Shown here: one piece after another, positions 23,301 to 35,457 of the stretch
Layout of the letters: the number at the start of each line of letters is the position of its first letter
Numbering within the stretch: the first letter of the stretch is position 1
Assembly: GCA_030704615.1 (NCBI GenBank)
Contig: CM060732.1
Location: forward strand, 70,370,001-70,434,000
Source of the DNA: Takakia lepidozioides
Taxonomy: Eukaryota; Plantae; Bryophyta
DNA: 64,000 bases
Reading direction: 5' to 3'
Made by a program: the position numbers and the translations under genes
The notes under the pieces: generated by a model
What the model saw: only the letters and a program-made list of their open reading frames with translations
The model's database searches: none
What the model was told of the DNA's origin: nothing

Positions 23301-26300
23301 TTTTTAAAAAGGTGACTAAGAAGTGCTTTGCTCATGTTAAGTCTCAGTTTCATAATCCTGCAGAATGAAGTGCCAGCTCCTACATGCCAAGGCCTGGAGA
23401 CCCCCAAGCAGCAATTGGCCAATGAAGAAGACGAACATGGTTTCCAGCATATGGCGGAAGAAGCTGAGCACACTCTCAAACAAATATCACAGCAGAAGGC
23501 TGGTCAAAGCACTGCACGGATAGTGATGCAACGGTTCCTTCGACGAAGGGACCAGGAGCCCATGAAATTAAACTTTTTCACTGACTGTACTGATGACTAT
23601 GCTCCAAGGAGAAAAAGTTTCATTTTTCAAAGTCAAGCACAGGAAAAGACTCCTGAGAATGTAAAAGCACATGAAATACTGGTGGGGTTGTCAAGGGACG
23701 TAAAGGGGTCCCAGTGTCAAGGACAACTTTTCCTGCAATCAGAAGCCCAGCTCCTTGGCCCAAAGGCAAAGGAAGAGGCACGTTTAAACGCCAAGGCAGA
23801 GGAGGCCAGGATTCAATTTGAGGTGATCCCTCTCTATAGGCTTCTCCTTCCTACCGTTTCTAACATTGTGTTCTGCCTTTAAGTTTACAGGGCAACAATT
23901 CCAGGAAGCCTTGCAAGCTGTGGTTGACTTCTGAAAGCAGTCAAATAAGTTGAATCTCAGGGGTATCTGGTTACTCGTTGTGAAGGGCTTCACCATCTTA
24001 ACATTTTTAGTAAATTCTATCCCCTCCACCTCTCGTATTAACATGCTCTGTGGTGTACCAGGAAGCCCAGGACAAGGTTGCCAGGCTGAAAAGACGGTTG
24101 GCAGAACTAGATTCCACTGCCCAAGAACTCCGCCACTCTCTTGTTGAGAAATGCCAAGGTAGAAGCATGACGATGGAGGAGAGTGTTGCTGTCAAACCAG
24201 AGACTCTTGTCAACCAGCTTCGGAACCGGTTTTTCTTTCTACAGTGTATGCAGGTAGGTGACAATACTCCTGTAGTCTTCAGAGGCCTGCATTGTAAGTT
24301 ATTGCGTGTGACGGATAAGAATTAGTGTGATAATAGTGGTGGAGCTGAAGTTGCATACTCCTGCTAGTCTTGGGAACAGTTTTAGACAAGACCATTCTGG
24401 TTGTGGCAGGATTGGCAGCCTGGGAGAAAATACAGTGAGGGAGACGAGTGTATCCAGGAGTTCAACTATTTCTCATTGGTCACCCACAGGTGGTTGCCTT
24501 TGTTACCCCAACTAAACCTTGATAGATCCTAAAATTACCATGTGTTTTTTCATGAATTGCTAGAGATAGCGAGAACAACATCTTCCCTCCGTGCAGCAAT
24601 TTCTTGATGAATAAATTAGGTTAGCATTCATGGTTAGACTTGCAAGTTTCCACCAATGTAATAATCTGTATTTTGTCTTGCTCACTCATGCATGCTGTGG
24701 GTGAGCAGAGTTCATGTGAAGATGGGCCAGCCAGAGAATGCCTCCCTCCGAAGCACATTTGACATCAACGCGAAGGCCATAGATAAGGTACATTTCCTCG
24801 GCCCCTTTACAGGTAGTACTGCTCCTTGAAGTAATGGTAGAGGACTAAGGCTCGTGTTTGTGGTATGTTTTTCGGATGCAGACATTTCCTCATGTCAATG
24901 CCTCACAAGTCTTCCAAGTGCTTCTCTGTGGGCACTGTAACCCAGCACAGCCATCCAGTGTGCGTGCTGTCATTCAGGTTCCTTTCCACACCTTGGGGCA
25001 TTTTGCGCTCTTTCTGACCTTGCTGACATTACTTTTAGCAAAGCATGTGATGTTGCTGTAAAGTACAATTGATTGAAGGATGGTCCTGCACCGTTGTTGT
25101 TCAGGACACAAACTTCAAGGTGTCATCATTGATTAATCTCATGGAAGAGATTTACAACTGTCGCCATACTTTCATGATTTCCCCCCATTTCCATCTCTTA
25201 ACTGGTAAGCATTTCCAATCATCACTTTCGCATGTTTTTAGTATGTCAGCTGCAGAAATAGTCTTGCACTGTGATGGAAGCTTTCCATTCCATAAAGTTG
25301 GCGAGTTGAACTCTGGACTAAGAACTCTGTGAGTTAAATCTCTCTCTGGGAGTTGCTCAGGGCTTTATATGAAATTTGTATGAAATTTGCCAGTGCATGT
25401 ATTATAAGTCAGCTATATGGTTCACTCAAGTAATAAAGTATATGTATTCCTCAGGCGGAGGTTATTGTACCAGTGCATGATAGCCTGCCTTCATGAGACA
25501 CCTTGTCTTCGAGAGTCGCTTGATGGTTAATAAAGTGGTTTCTTGTCGTTCTACTTTATTCCATGGGCCTTCTGGCCCTTAGTGGATGTCCTAAAGTTTT
25601 CTTCCTGTCTATGGTAAACCTTCTGACTAGGACGATTGCTTCAGATGGGGGTCTTCAATTGCGCATTGGGTTTACCGATAGGCAACTTTTGTTCAAGTTC
25701 ACAGTGTTGCTGGACTTTCAGTCGCTAATAAGGTACGTCTGAAACTAGCAAGGTCCTTACATCTGTGGCTAAGTTCAGAGTGTGCATCATAATGCCTCTA
25801 CACCAATGCATGTATTTTCTGGTCTATAAGGACAGCTTGGCAAACATGCAGGACGGAGTATCCTTTTGGAGGTATTCCATGTGAAGTGGAGATGGAATGT
25901 TTGGGGTGGAGAAATGGCAAGCGGGTGACAGCCGATGCCATCAAGGACTCTATAGCTACAGTAAAACCTGGATACCAGAGAGTGAGACGCATTTGCATGT
26001 CTGTGTACTCTCTTCTTGAAAGGATCAGGGCACATCCAGCTGACAATCCTCTCATGTAAGTAAGGTTGCCACGTTGCCACCCAAGTAATGATAAAGAAGC
26101 TCAATTGTTGCTGTGTGCTATCTGATTCGCTGTGCTGTGCACGGCTCTCTCCCCTCTGGTTGACATCTAGTGCTGCATCTGCTCAAAGGTGCAAGCTGAC
26201 ATGCTTCTTGTGGTTTTGAGCAGTATCTAGGGTTTCTAGGCTTATGAGAGATTGAATACTTTCAATAGGGATTTGTGTTGTCCCTGTAAGCTGAGCATTA

Positions 26301-26710
26301 GCTGCACAATTAACAGTTTTCTATCACCAAAATTGTTGCTCTTTCATTCTGAATGACAGATTTGCAGTTTTATTGTTGGACTTCAAAGCTCACAATAATG
26401 AATTACAACCCAAGGTAGACCACATACTTGGTGTCTCATCTCCTATAGACTGGAGCTCACAGGTTAGTATCCATCCTGGACTTTGGGGTCAACCCAAAGT
26501 TGTCAAGGCCGTTGGACGTGGGCATGACTTTGGTAGCGCCTGTTATTATTCCTGATCTCCAAAGGTTTGAAGGATGAGAGTTTCACATGGCCCTTGGGAT
26601 TGAATGGCCAACTTTTCTTTGTTGAAAAATCATTGCCATTGTACCAAATTATCACCTACAAGCAATCTTTAAAAATGCAGGATAATTTGCAGCAGCAGGA
26701 GGATGACTAA
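20332..26710 (+). CDS. KNL1: Kinetochore scaffold KNL1/Spc105; 3' exons uncertain, possibly a pseudogene
   Basis: Exon 1 20332-20774 has LRRVSFAEQASIHVFARDEEYETPP (PP1-binding RVSF motif in plant KNL1 context). Exon 2 from 21010 has GPV and DDDNITMDSNTF. Later exons include a coiled coil (EAQDKVARLKRRLAELD) and C-terminal pieces (TFPHVNASQVF; SSLINLMEEI). 3' end approximate. Confidence 0.8.
21920..23159 (+). repeat. Coding tandem repeat in KNL1: 8 units, mostly 51-56 aa (one shortened)
   Basis: PR(FSD)LAADMSSPDLPP..RQR.SDNWNEGGLSHTTAS.SKHENVR.PEPLVA repeated in frame. Confidence 0.95.
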
Positions 26711-27149
26711 TAAGAGTTTAATGAGTTCTAAGTGAATGTTTGAGTTCTGGTCCTGAAGCCTGGTAAGATGAGGCCTTACTCAGTCAAGACATCTTGGCAG
26801 AACATTCAGCAGAATCCTTTTCACTATGCATCTTGGCTAGACCATAGTAGAGGCAAAGTGGTATATATCTATGTAGCCCTTTCAACCAATCAAAACCCTG
26901 TTTTGTTCAATCAATGTAGCACTAGATTTGCTTTAGATGGGTACAGCAGGTTAGATTGACTTGGGCAGACTTCCCACCTATACTGGGTAGAGCCCACTAC
27001 CATTTCCTGTGGATATGCTACAGGAAATAGGAAATTACCTCGGTGGTACATAACGGTCTATATTATCAGGAAATGGTGGATGAACTGAGGAGGTACACAG
27101 ATCAATGAGTGAAACAAGACACTCCCACCTTTCTAGAAAAACATCTGCA

Positions 27150-28410
27150 GAGGCAGGGACAGCTGAAGGAGCCGGGATAGCGTGTGGATCCAGATTCATC
27201 ACAAAGATGTGTGATCACGGGGAATATAATGATGGGAGGATTTACCAAGCATGGGCGTGGTAGGAATGCTTTGGAGACATGAGCAAATGTTGTCGGAAGG
27301 GGTGAAGCCTGACCACATCAGTTGTGTTTGCATTTGCAATGCATGTGCGAGCCAGGCAGCCCTGGAAAAGGGCAAAGAGCTCCATGGTGACATCATCAAA
27401 GCAGGAATTGTACCCGATGTCATTCTGAATACTGCCCTGGTGGACATGTATGCCAAATGCAGAAGCATCGAAGATGCAAAGGGAGTGTTCAACAATATGG
27501 CTGAATGAGATGTGCTGTCATGGAGTGCAATGATCGCAAGATATGCCCAGCATGGTTGTCATATGGAGGCTCTGCAACTATTTGAAGGAATGCAAAAGGA
27601 AGGCTTAAGCCAGACAGTGTCACGATTCTCTATGCATGCAGCCATGCTGGCCTACTGGATGAAGGAAGACGCTACTTTGATTCCTTCAGTGAAGATCATG
27701 GTGTCACCCCAGCAGTAATGCACTTCGGCTGCAAGGTGGACCACCTTGGTCGGGGCATGCAATTGGATGAGGAAAAGGACCTCATTAATAGAATGCCAAT
27801 CAAACCAGATGCTGTCGTGTGGAAGGCCTTGCTTGGTGCCTGCAAAATCCATGGCAATGTGGAGATGGCTGAACATGCAGGACATCTATTCTCAAGTGGG
27901 ATTAACAGGATGTCATGACTTATGTGTTGTGACATCTATGCTGCAGCTGGCAGGTGGGAGGATAGTGCAAAGGTGAGAAAAATGATGAAGGTCAGAGGGG
28001 TTAGAAAGGAGCCAGGTCGCTGCTGCATTGAGGTTGGCAATAGGATGCACACATTTGTTGTAGATGACAAATCGCATTCCAAACTTAAGGAAATCCATGC
28101 TGAGCTGAGAAAATTGTCTGGGCAGAAGCAGGGTATGTGCGTGACACATGCTTTGTATTGTTTGATGTGGGGGAGGAGCAAAAGGAATTCTCTCTCTGCC
28201 ACCACAATGAGAAGCTGGCCATTGTTTTTGGGCTGATCATCACAGCCCCTAAGGACAACTCTTCGTCTCATCAAGAATCTTGGGGTGTGTGGTGACTGCC
28301 ACACCAAGTTCATCTCAAAGATTGTTGGCCGAGCAATTGTTGTACGGCATGCTAACCGCTTTCACCACTTGTGAAGATGGGGTTTGTTCTTGTGGGGATT
28401 ACTGCATCAT
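27150..28410 (+). pseudogene. PLS-PPR-E-DYW pseudogene, internally deleted
   Basis: P/L/S motifs, MPIKPDAVVWKALLGACKIHG, KEPGRCCIEV, HHNEKLA, DGVCSCGDYC; many frameshifts and stops. The 5' end matches the intron acceptor of the PDF exon in the copy at ~50.4-51 kb. Confidence 0.9.
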
Positions 28411-28439
28411 GTGCATACATTGTCGCCTTGCAAACACCC

Positions 28440-29085
28440 CAACCCTACCTATCACACTAGTTCCTCTGCTGAATTGCGTCTGCTTCTCTCTGGAATCTAC
28501 CAGCCACTCATCTTTTTGCCCCGATTGTGCCACAATTGACTGGGATCGGAAAAATATTCATTCCAAAGCTTCTCTTCGTCTCTGTTATCTGTTTTTTGGA
28601 TCTTTCCTGTTGCCACATTGGCAACTGGTAACATGTCAAAATCACCATAGACCCACCCAACGAGCTTATTCGCAGGGTTCAACACGAAAATCAGGGATGA
28701 CTTTGATAAGAGGGCAAAACAGGCTAAATAGGTTGAACCGACCATCAACCCAGAAGGATTCAACTGACCATCAACCCAGAAGGACCTCTTGTGTGTATTG
28801 CATGTGCCTGTAGTCAGGTGATCTCAGATTGGCCTATGAGAACCACCACGGTGCAGCTGAGCAGCCATAGATTGAAACCCGGCCTCCTAAGACCCAGCTG
28901 ACCCTCCCAAGTACCTTGTAAATACCAGGAAGAGCGGATGGACGTTCTTCACATCTTAACATTAAAGCCAGACCTTGGGATTGCAACTGTCCCACCATCG
29001 TGAAGGATCTTTAAAACCTCATGCCTATGCCAGGTCTGCTCCGTGCTCCACGGTACGCCTTTGTGCCCGAAAATCTGACAGCATG
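28440..29085 (-). pseudogene. 5' relic of a PDF-PPR gene (targeting-peptide-like region plus first half of the PDF motif)
   Basis: EEKLWNEYFSDPSQLWHNRGKK followed by a mutated donor (ATGAGT); DNA homologous to 50550-52110. Confidence 0.75.
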
Positions 29086-30438
29086 AGCTCTTGTACGGAG
29101 GGATGCTAGCGAGCTGTCAACATTCATGCACTTGCCACTTTGGGCTCCATTGCACTCTAGTCAATGATGAACATACGAACATGTAGATGCTAAACCAGCT
29201 TATTTCTCTAGTCTGGAGATCTTGGAGTGGTCTGTGCAAACGACAAGGGAGGAGCTGGGCAGCCACAAGAGTCTTGACTCAAGACCTTCCGTCCTGCTTT
29301 GATGCCCTCAGGAAGAACAACCCACGATACGGACAGTAAAACCAGTTTTTGGGTTGCAGATAAAGCGAGCTTCGAAACTTCACACATAAGTTACCATCAC
29401 AGTTACTCCATCACAATACCACAGTTCAGTCCCCAGATTGCCAGGCATGGTGTTTGTAACCCGGGGTTGGATGAACAGGCAGGCACTATCTCATCCCTGC
29501 TCTGAATGTTCATGCTCATAAAATCACTGAACCCTACACTGGAGAGGCTATTAGAAGGTTATAGAAGAGTGGAAATTAGGGTAAAAGAAGACAAGCTTGA
29601 GAGTGTGCACAATCTACAGCCGTTCACGAATGTGGCCATACATCACACACACAGTCACAAATATCAGAAAAGGACATTAAGTTCTCTGCATGAGTGAGAG
29701 GAAAGGAGTTAACTTGAAGTCAAACTAAATCTTACCTGCTACTTGGTACCCCCCTGGTGAGGTAAAGAGTAAAGACCGTGATTGGGAATGCATACAACCT
29801 GGCCTAAATCAGCACCCATCGCCTTCGCAGCTGGTATTTTTATCAAAAACGGCCCCAAAAACAAGGAGAATGGGAATTCAAGTGACCCAAGAAGGCGACC
29901 CTCTTCATTTCACCACAGTTCGAGACCACTTGTTAGGGTAGGGTTGGCATGACACATTGTGCGAAAGGAATTCTATCTTGAATCAAGGCAATGATTTTTC
30001 CATATTATCCCAAGCTTTAGCTAAGTTGGCAATCAGATCTCCTGTTGAAAGACAGACCACACAATCCATAGATCACTTTTCAAGTAGCCAACACAAGAGT
30101 AAACATACATGAGAGAAATCTAAAGCAGCAAGGTGAGCAATTCACTTGCCCTTTCATGAAATCATTATACCAGGCCTAGTAAACAGAATGTAGGGTTACC
30201 AGCAATTTGCTGGATATCTCAATATTATCTGTAAGAGGGGCCAATTAGTACACTCAGTGAACATGTCTCTTCCTGATTTAGATAGTCATGTCCTGCACAT
30301 TTACTGCTCATCACATGCCTAGAGCCGCCAAGTCTACACTGCCAACACTAGGCTAGAGTGCTGGATAGTCTCTCTCAGATCAAAAGATGATGACAACCGG
30401 TAACTAGATTTATGAGAAAGATAGAAGAGAACACGTAA

Positions 30439-31398
30439 TCAAGATAAGACGGCAAGGATATCAGACACCCTCAGAACGACAAACTGAACGCCATCCTTGT
30501 TCTTGAATTCGTTGCCTGCATACTTTGAGTACAGTACCGTGTTGCCTGGGGTCACTTCCAAAGGCTTTATCTCCCCATCTTCTCCGTATGTCCCAGGCCC
30601 TGAGGCAATCACTGTTCCAATCACAGGCTTCTCCTTTGAGCTGTCCGTCAATAGAACGCCACCAGCTGTCTTTGACTCAGACTCAGTCACCTGAATGAGC
30701 ACCCGGTCATTCAATGGTTGCAAATCCTTGATGTCATCTGTCGATAGCAGCCCCACAATATCATCTTCCTTCAGTAACAAGTGCCCCTCACCATTAAATT
30801 CCACCTCGGTGCCCGCATACTTGGAGTAAACAATCTGGGACCCAGTTTGCACAGAAAGCTCGAGTTTCTTCTCGCCAATGGTTTTGCCTTCACCTACAGC
30901 CACCACTTCGCCACCTGCGGAACACCTCAAAGAAAGGTGCAGCCACCGCTTGTGTTAAAAGCAACACTACCTCAGAGTACTCGACCAACACAACCATACA
31001 CGTAGGAACCTTCATTTCCCCAATGTAGGGCGCTACTTTGCACATACACAAACTCCAGTACAGAATTCTAGAATAGAATAATCCATCACCCCCAGAATCA
31101 AACCTTGTGGCTTAGTCTGAGCAGTGCTGGGGAGAAGAATGCCACCGATGCTCTTCTCCTCAACTGTCTGGATCTTGACAAGAACACGATCACCCAGGGG
31201 CTTCAGAGTTGTGAACTTCGTGGCAACGGATGTTGCAGCCCTTACGCCAACGCACCTCCTTGGCAAAGAAGGGACGAATGCCTGCAAACGTCCGACTTGC
31301 ACCCGGGCAGATGTGCCCCTCAGTCCCTCGAAAGACGCCATCCCAATCTGCGAGCTCACCGCTGATCCAAGCTGTGCAGCAGAGCCCATGGCTGCCAT
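30439..31398 (-). CDS. CPN20: Chloroplast 20-kDa co-chaperonin (two GroES domains), 256 aa
   Basis: Exons 31398-31104 and 30914-30439 (phase-1 intron, 771 nt in total); transit peptide with SFEGLR; LKPLGDRVLVK, LQPLNDRVLI and two YSKYAG motifs. Confidence 0.96.
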
Positions 31399-31694
31399 TT
31401 CTTCCCCGAATCTGAATCTAGTGGCAACAACAACAGCGATCGAGAGAGAAAGAATGCGAAGATGGATAGGGCAGCTCCAGGCAGGCACACTCTCGGTTAC
31501 GCGTGCTCCTCTCCAGATGCTTCTATCTCGCTAAAACATCATTCATCTCCACCACATTCATCCTTTTAGTTCGATGACGTGGCTACGATGACGTGAGCAG
31601 AAAGAGAGAGAGAATGGAAAGCTTTCCTCAATAATAAGACAGACAATAGAGGCTAAAGATCTGTGTTTCAGAGGTTTTCCCCGCAGCTCAAGGG

Positions 31695-34600
31695 ATGGGC
31701 CAGGAACGGCTGTGGCAGGAGTTCTTCTCAGATCCTTCACAATGGTGGGACAACAGGTTAGGTGAGGTGAGGCAATTAGGACATGATAGAGTATGTCAAT
31801 GAAGGGATGATGGTGTTGTGTGGACTTGGTTGATCTGCCGAGATTAGATTAATGACAATTTTGCTCATGGTTCAGAGAGTAGCAAAGTTTGGTTCTTACT
31901 GTTTCTACTTACAAGTTGGTTGTTCTCCCCTGTTATCAGACCATGAGAAAGGCTGCTTGAGGGTGATGGCTGTTAGGCTTGGAGCTTTGATCATTGTAGC
32001 CTGGTCTATATGAGACTGTCCTTGTGGCTATAACTTCTTGCTTAGCTGCTTATGTATGGATGATTCTGACAGAAAAGTCCAAGATCGCCAGACTTCCGAC
32101 ATAAACAGACAAAGGAAGGTCTGTGGGTTGAGGATTGGTTGAACCCCTCCTGGGTGAAAGAAAAACTACTTGGGATGAGTCATGGGCAAGCAGAATGGAG
32201 TGATGTAAGGAATCTGTGTTTGGCAGGACGGTTGAAAGAGGCCCTTCACATTTTGAACCAACGAGGGATTTTGCCAGACTCGTATGGTTATGTTTGTCTC
32301 CTGCAGGAGTGCATCAACAAGCAAGGCCTAGCCGAGGGAAAGCAAGTGCATGTCCACATTATTCAAAGTGGATTCAAGCCAAACATCTTCCTACTGAAGA
32401 CTCTTCTCAACATGTATGCCAGTGTGGAAGCGTGGTGGATGCGCGCCTAGTGTTTGACGAAATGCGTGAACGAGATGTGCATACATGGACTATAATGATG
32501 GCAGGATATGCGAAGCATGGGTGTGGTAAGGAGACTTTGACGATCTATCAGCAAATGATACTGGAAGAGGTAAAGCCCAACAAAGTCACGTACACTTGCA
32601 TTCTTAAGGCATGTGCCAACCTGGGGGTCCTGGCAAGGGGCAAGGAGGTTCATGCTGACATCATCAAAGCTGGCATTATGCAAGATATCAATCTGGAGAC
32701 TGCCCTTTCTGCCATGCATGCCAAATGCGGGAGCATGAAGGATGCACACCAAGTGTTTGACAAAATGACTGAACAAGATGTGGTCTCATGGAGTACAATG
32801 ATCGCTGGGTGCTGAGCATGGGTGTGGTATAGAGGCTTTCTAGATTTATGAGCAAATGATATGGGAAGGGCTGACACCTAACAAGGTCACCTTCGTATAT
32901 ATTCAATGCTTGTGCTAGCCTGGTAGCCGTGCAAAAGGGCAAAGAGGTTCATGCTGACATCATCAAAGCTGGATCCCCGGATATCATTCTGGAGACTGCC
33001 CTTGTGAGTATGTATGCCAAATGTGGGAGCATGAGCAACGCGCTTAAAGTGTTTGACAGCATGGCACAACGAAATGTGGTCTCATGGAGTGCAATAATCG
33101 CAGGCTATTCTCAGCATGGGTGTGGCAGGGAGGCTTTCGAGATGTATGAGCGAATGATGCGGGAAGAAATGACACCCAACAAAGTCACGTTCATTTCGGT
33201 TCTCAATGCATGTGCCAGTCTGGCAGCCCTGGAAAAGGGCCAGGAGGTCCATTCTGACATCATTGAAGCTGGAATTCGACCAGATATCATTCTGGAGACT
33301 GCCCTTGTGGACATGTATGCCAAATGCGGGAACATGAAAGATGCTCGTCGACTGTTTGACAATATGGCTGAACGAGATGTGGTCTCCTGGAGTGCGATAA
33401 TAGCAGGATATGCTCGGCATGATTGTGGTATGGAGGCTTTAGATATCTACGAGCAAATGATACAGGAAGGGTTGACGCCAGACAAAGGCACATTTCTTTC
33501 TGTTCTCAATGCATGTGGCAGCCTTGCAGCCCTGGAAAAATGCAAAGAGGTGCATGCTGACATCATCAAAGCTGGAATTGCGCCAGATATCATTCTGGAG
33601 ACGGCCCGTGTAGACATGTATGCCAAGTGCGGGTATATGAAGGATGCACATCAAGTGTTTGACAATATGTTTCAACAAAATGTCGTCTCATGGAGTGCGA
33701 TGATTGCAGGATATGCCCAGCTAGGAAATGGTATGGAGTCTTTGGAGATGTTCGAGCAAATGATAAAGAAAGGGGTGACACCCAACAACATCACCTTCAC
33801 TTCAGTTCTGAAGGCTTGTTCCAGCTTAGGAGCCCTGGAAGAGGGCAAACAGGTCCATGCTGAGATCATGGAAGCTTGAATTGAACCAGATATCTATCTG
33901 GAGAATACCCTTGTTAACATGTATGCCAAATGTGGGAGTATGAAGGACGCACGTGAAGTGTTTGACAAGATGACTGAACAAGATGTGGTTTCATGGAACT
34001 CCGTAATCGCAGGATATGCTCAGCATGGGTGTGTTGTGGAGGCTTTTGAAATGTATGAGGGGTGAACCCCAACAAAGTCACATTCATCTGCATTCTCAAT
34101 GCCTGTGCCAGCCAGGCAGCCTTGGAGAAGGGCAAAGAGGTCCATTCTAACATCATCAAGGCTGGAATTGAGTCATATATTATTTAGAGAATACTCTTGT
34201 TAACATGTATGCTAAATGTGGGAGCATGAACGTCAAGTGTTTGAGAATATGGCTCAACGAAATGTGGTCTCATGGAGTGCAATGATTGCAGGATTAGCTC
34301 ACCAAATATGTGGTATGGAGGCTTTGGAGATGTATGAGCAAATGCTACCAGAAGGGGTAACCCCAAACAAAGTCACATTCATTTGTGTTCTTAATGCACG
34401 TGCCATCGTAGCAGCCCTGGAAAAGGACAAAGAGGTTCATGTTGACATCATCAAAGCCGAAATTGGGTCAGATCTGATGTTGGAGAATACCCTAGCTGAC
34501 ATGTATGCCAAATGTGGGAGCGTAAAGGATGCACGACAAGTCTTTGACAATATGGTTGTTCGAGATGTTGTCTCATGGAATGTCATGATTGCAGGATATG

Positions 34601-35457
34601 CCCAGCATGGTTGCAGTATGGAGGCCCTGCAACTATTTGGGCAAATGCAACAGGAAGGCTGGAAGCCAAATGGTATCACATTTATATGTGTTCTGTCTGC
34701 ATGCAGCCATGTGGGCCTAGTGGATGAAGGCCATCACTACTTTGATTCAATGAGTGAAGAGCATTTTGGCTGCATGGTGGACCTTCTTGCTCGTGCAGGA
34801 CGATTGGGTGAGGGCAGAGGACTTCATTAACAAAATGCCAATCGAACCTGACGCTGTGGTATGGGGCACATTGCTTGGTGCCTGCAAAATTCATGGCAAT
34901 GTGGAGGTAGCAGAACTTGCGGCAAAACACCTTCTCAAATGGGATCCACAGCACGCTCCAACTTACGTGCTGCTATCGAACATCTATGCTGCTGCTGGTA
35001 GGTGGGACGATACAGCAAAGGTGAGACGAATGATGCAGGGCAGGGGTGTTAGAAAGGAACCAGGGCGCAGCTGGATTGAGGTGGACAGCCGGGTGCATAC
35101 ACTCGTTGTAGAAGATAACTTGCATCCACAACTTCAGGAAATTCAAGCTGAGTTGAAGAGATTGTCCGGTCGGATGAAGGAGGCTGGGTACAAGCCGGAC
35201 ACACGCTTTGTATTGCATGATTGGAGGAGCAGCAGAAGGAATCTTCTTTTTCCCACCCAGTGAGAATTGCTTTTGGGCTGATTAGCACTGCCCCTGGGAC
35301 ACCCATCCGCATCATCAAAAACCTTCGTGTGTGTGGTGACTTCCACACAGCCACCAAGTTCATATCAAAGATGGTTGGGCGTACAGTTGTTCTGCGCGTT
35401 TCCAATCGCTTTCACCACTTCCAGGACGGGGTCTGTTCTTGTCGGGCTTACTGGTGA
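31695..35457 (+). pseudogene. PDF motif + PLS-PPR + E + DYW (PG-type) RNA editing factor pseudogene
   Basis: Exon ending 31766 encodes ERLWQEFFSDPSQWWDNRLGE. Intron 31767-32072. Exon from 32073 encodes KSPRSPDFRHKQTKEGLWVEDWLNPSWVKEKL, then ~8 L-S-P triplets, E motifs, KEPGRSWIEV, IKNLRVCGDFH and FHHFQDGVCSCRAYW*. Multiple frameshifts and stops; HxE motif damaged. Confidence 0.9.

Noticed and set aside
35040-35457. DYW:KP (U-to-C) editing domain or a functional novel AYW variant
   Set aside because: It has a canonical PG box (KEPGRSWIEV). HxE and CxxC are damaged in a multiply frameshifted gene, so the AYW ending is probably decay.
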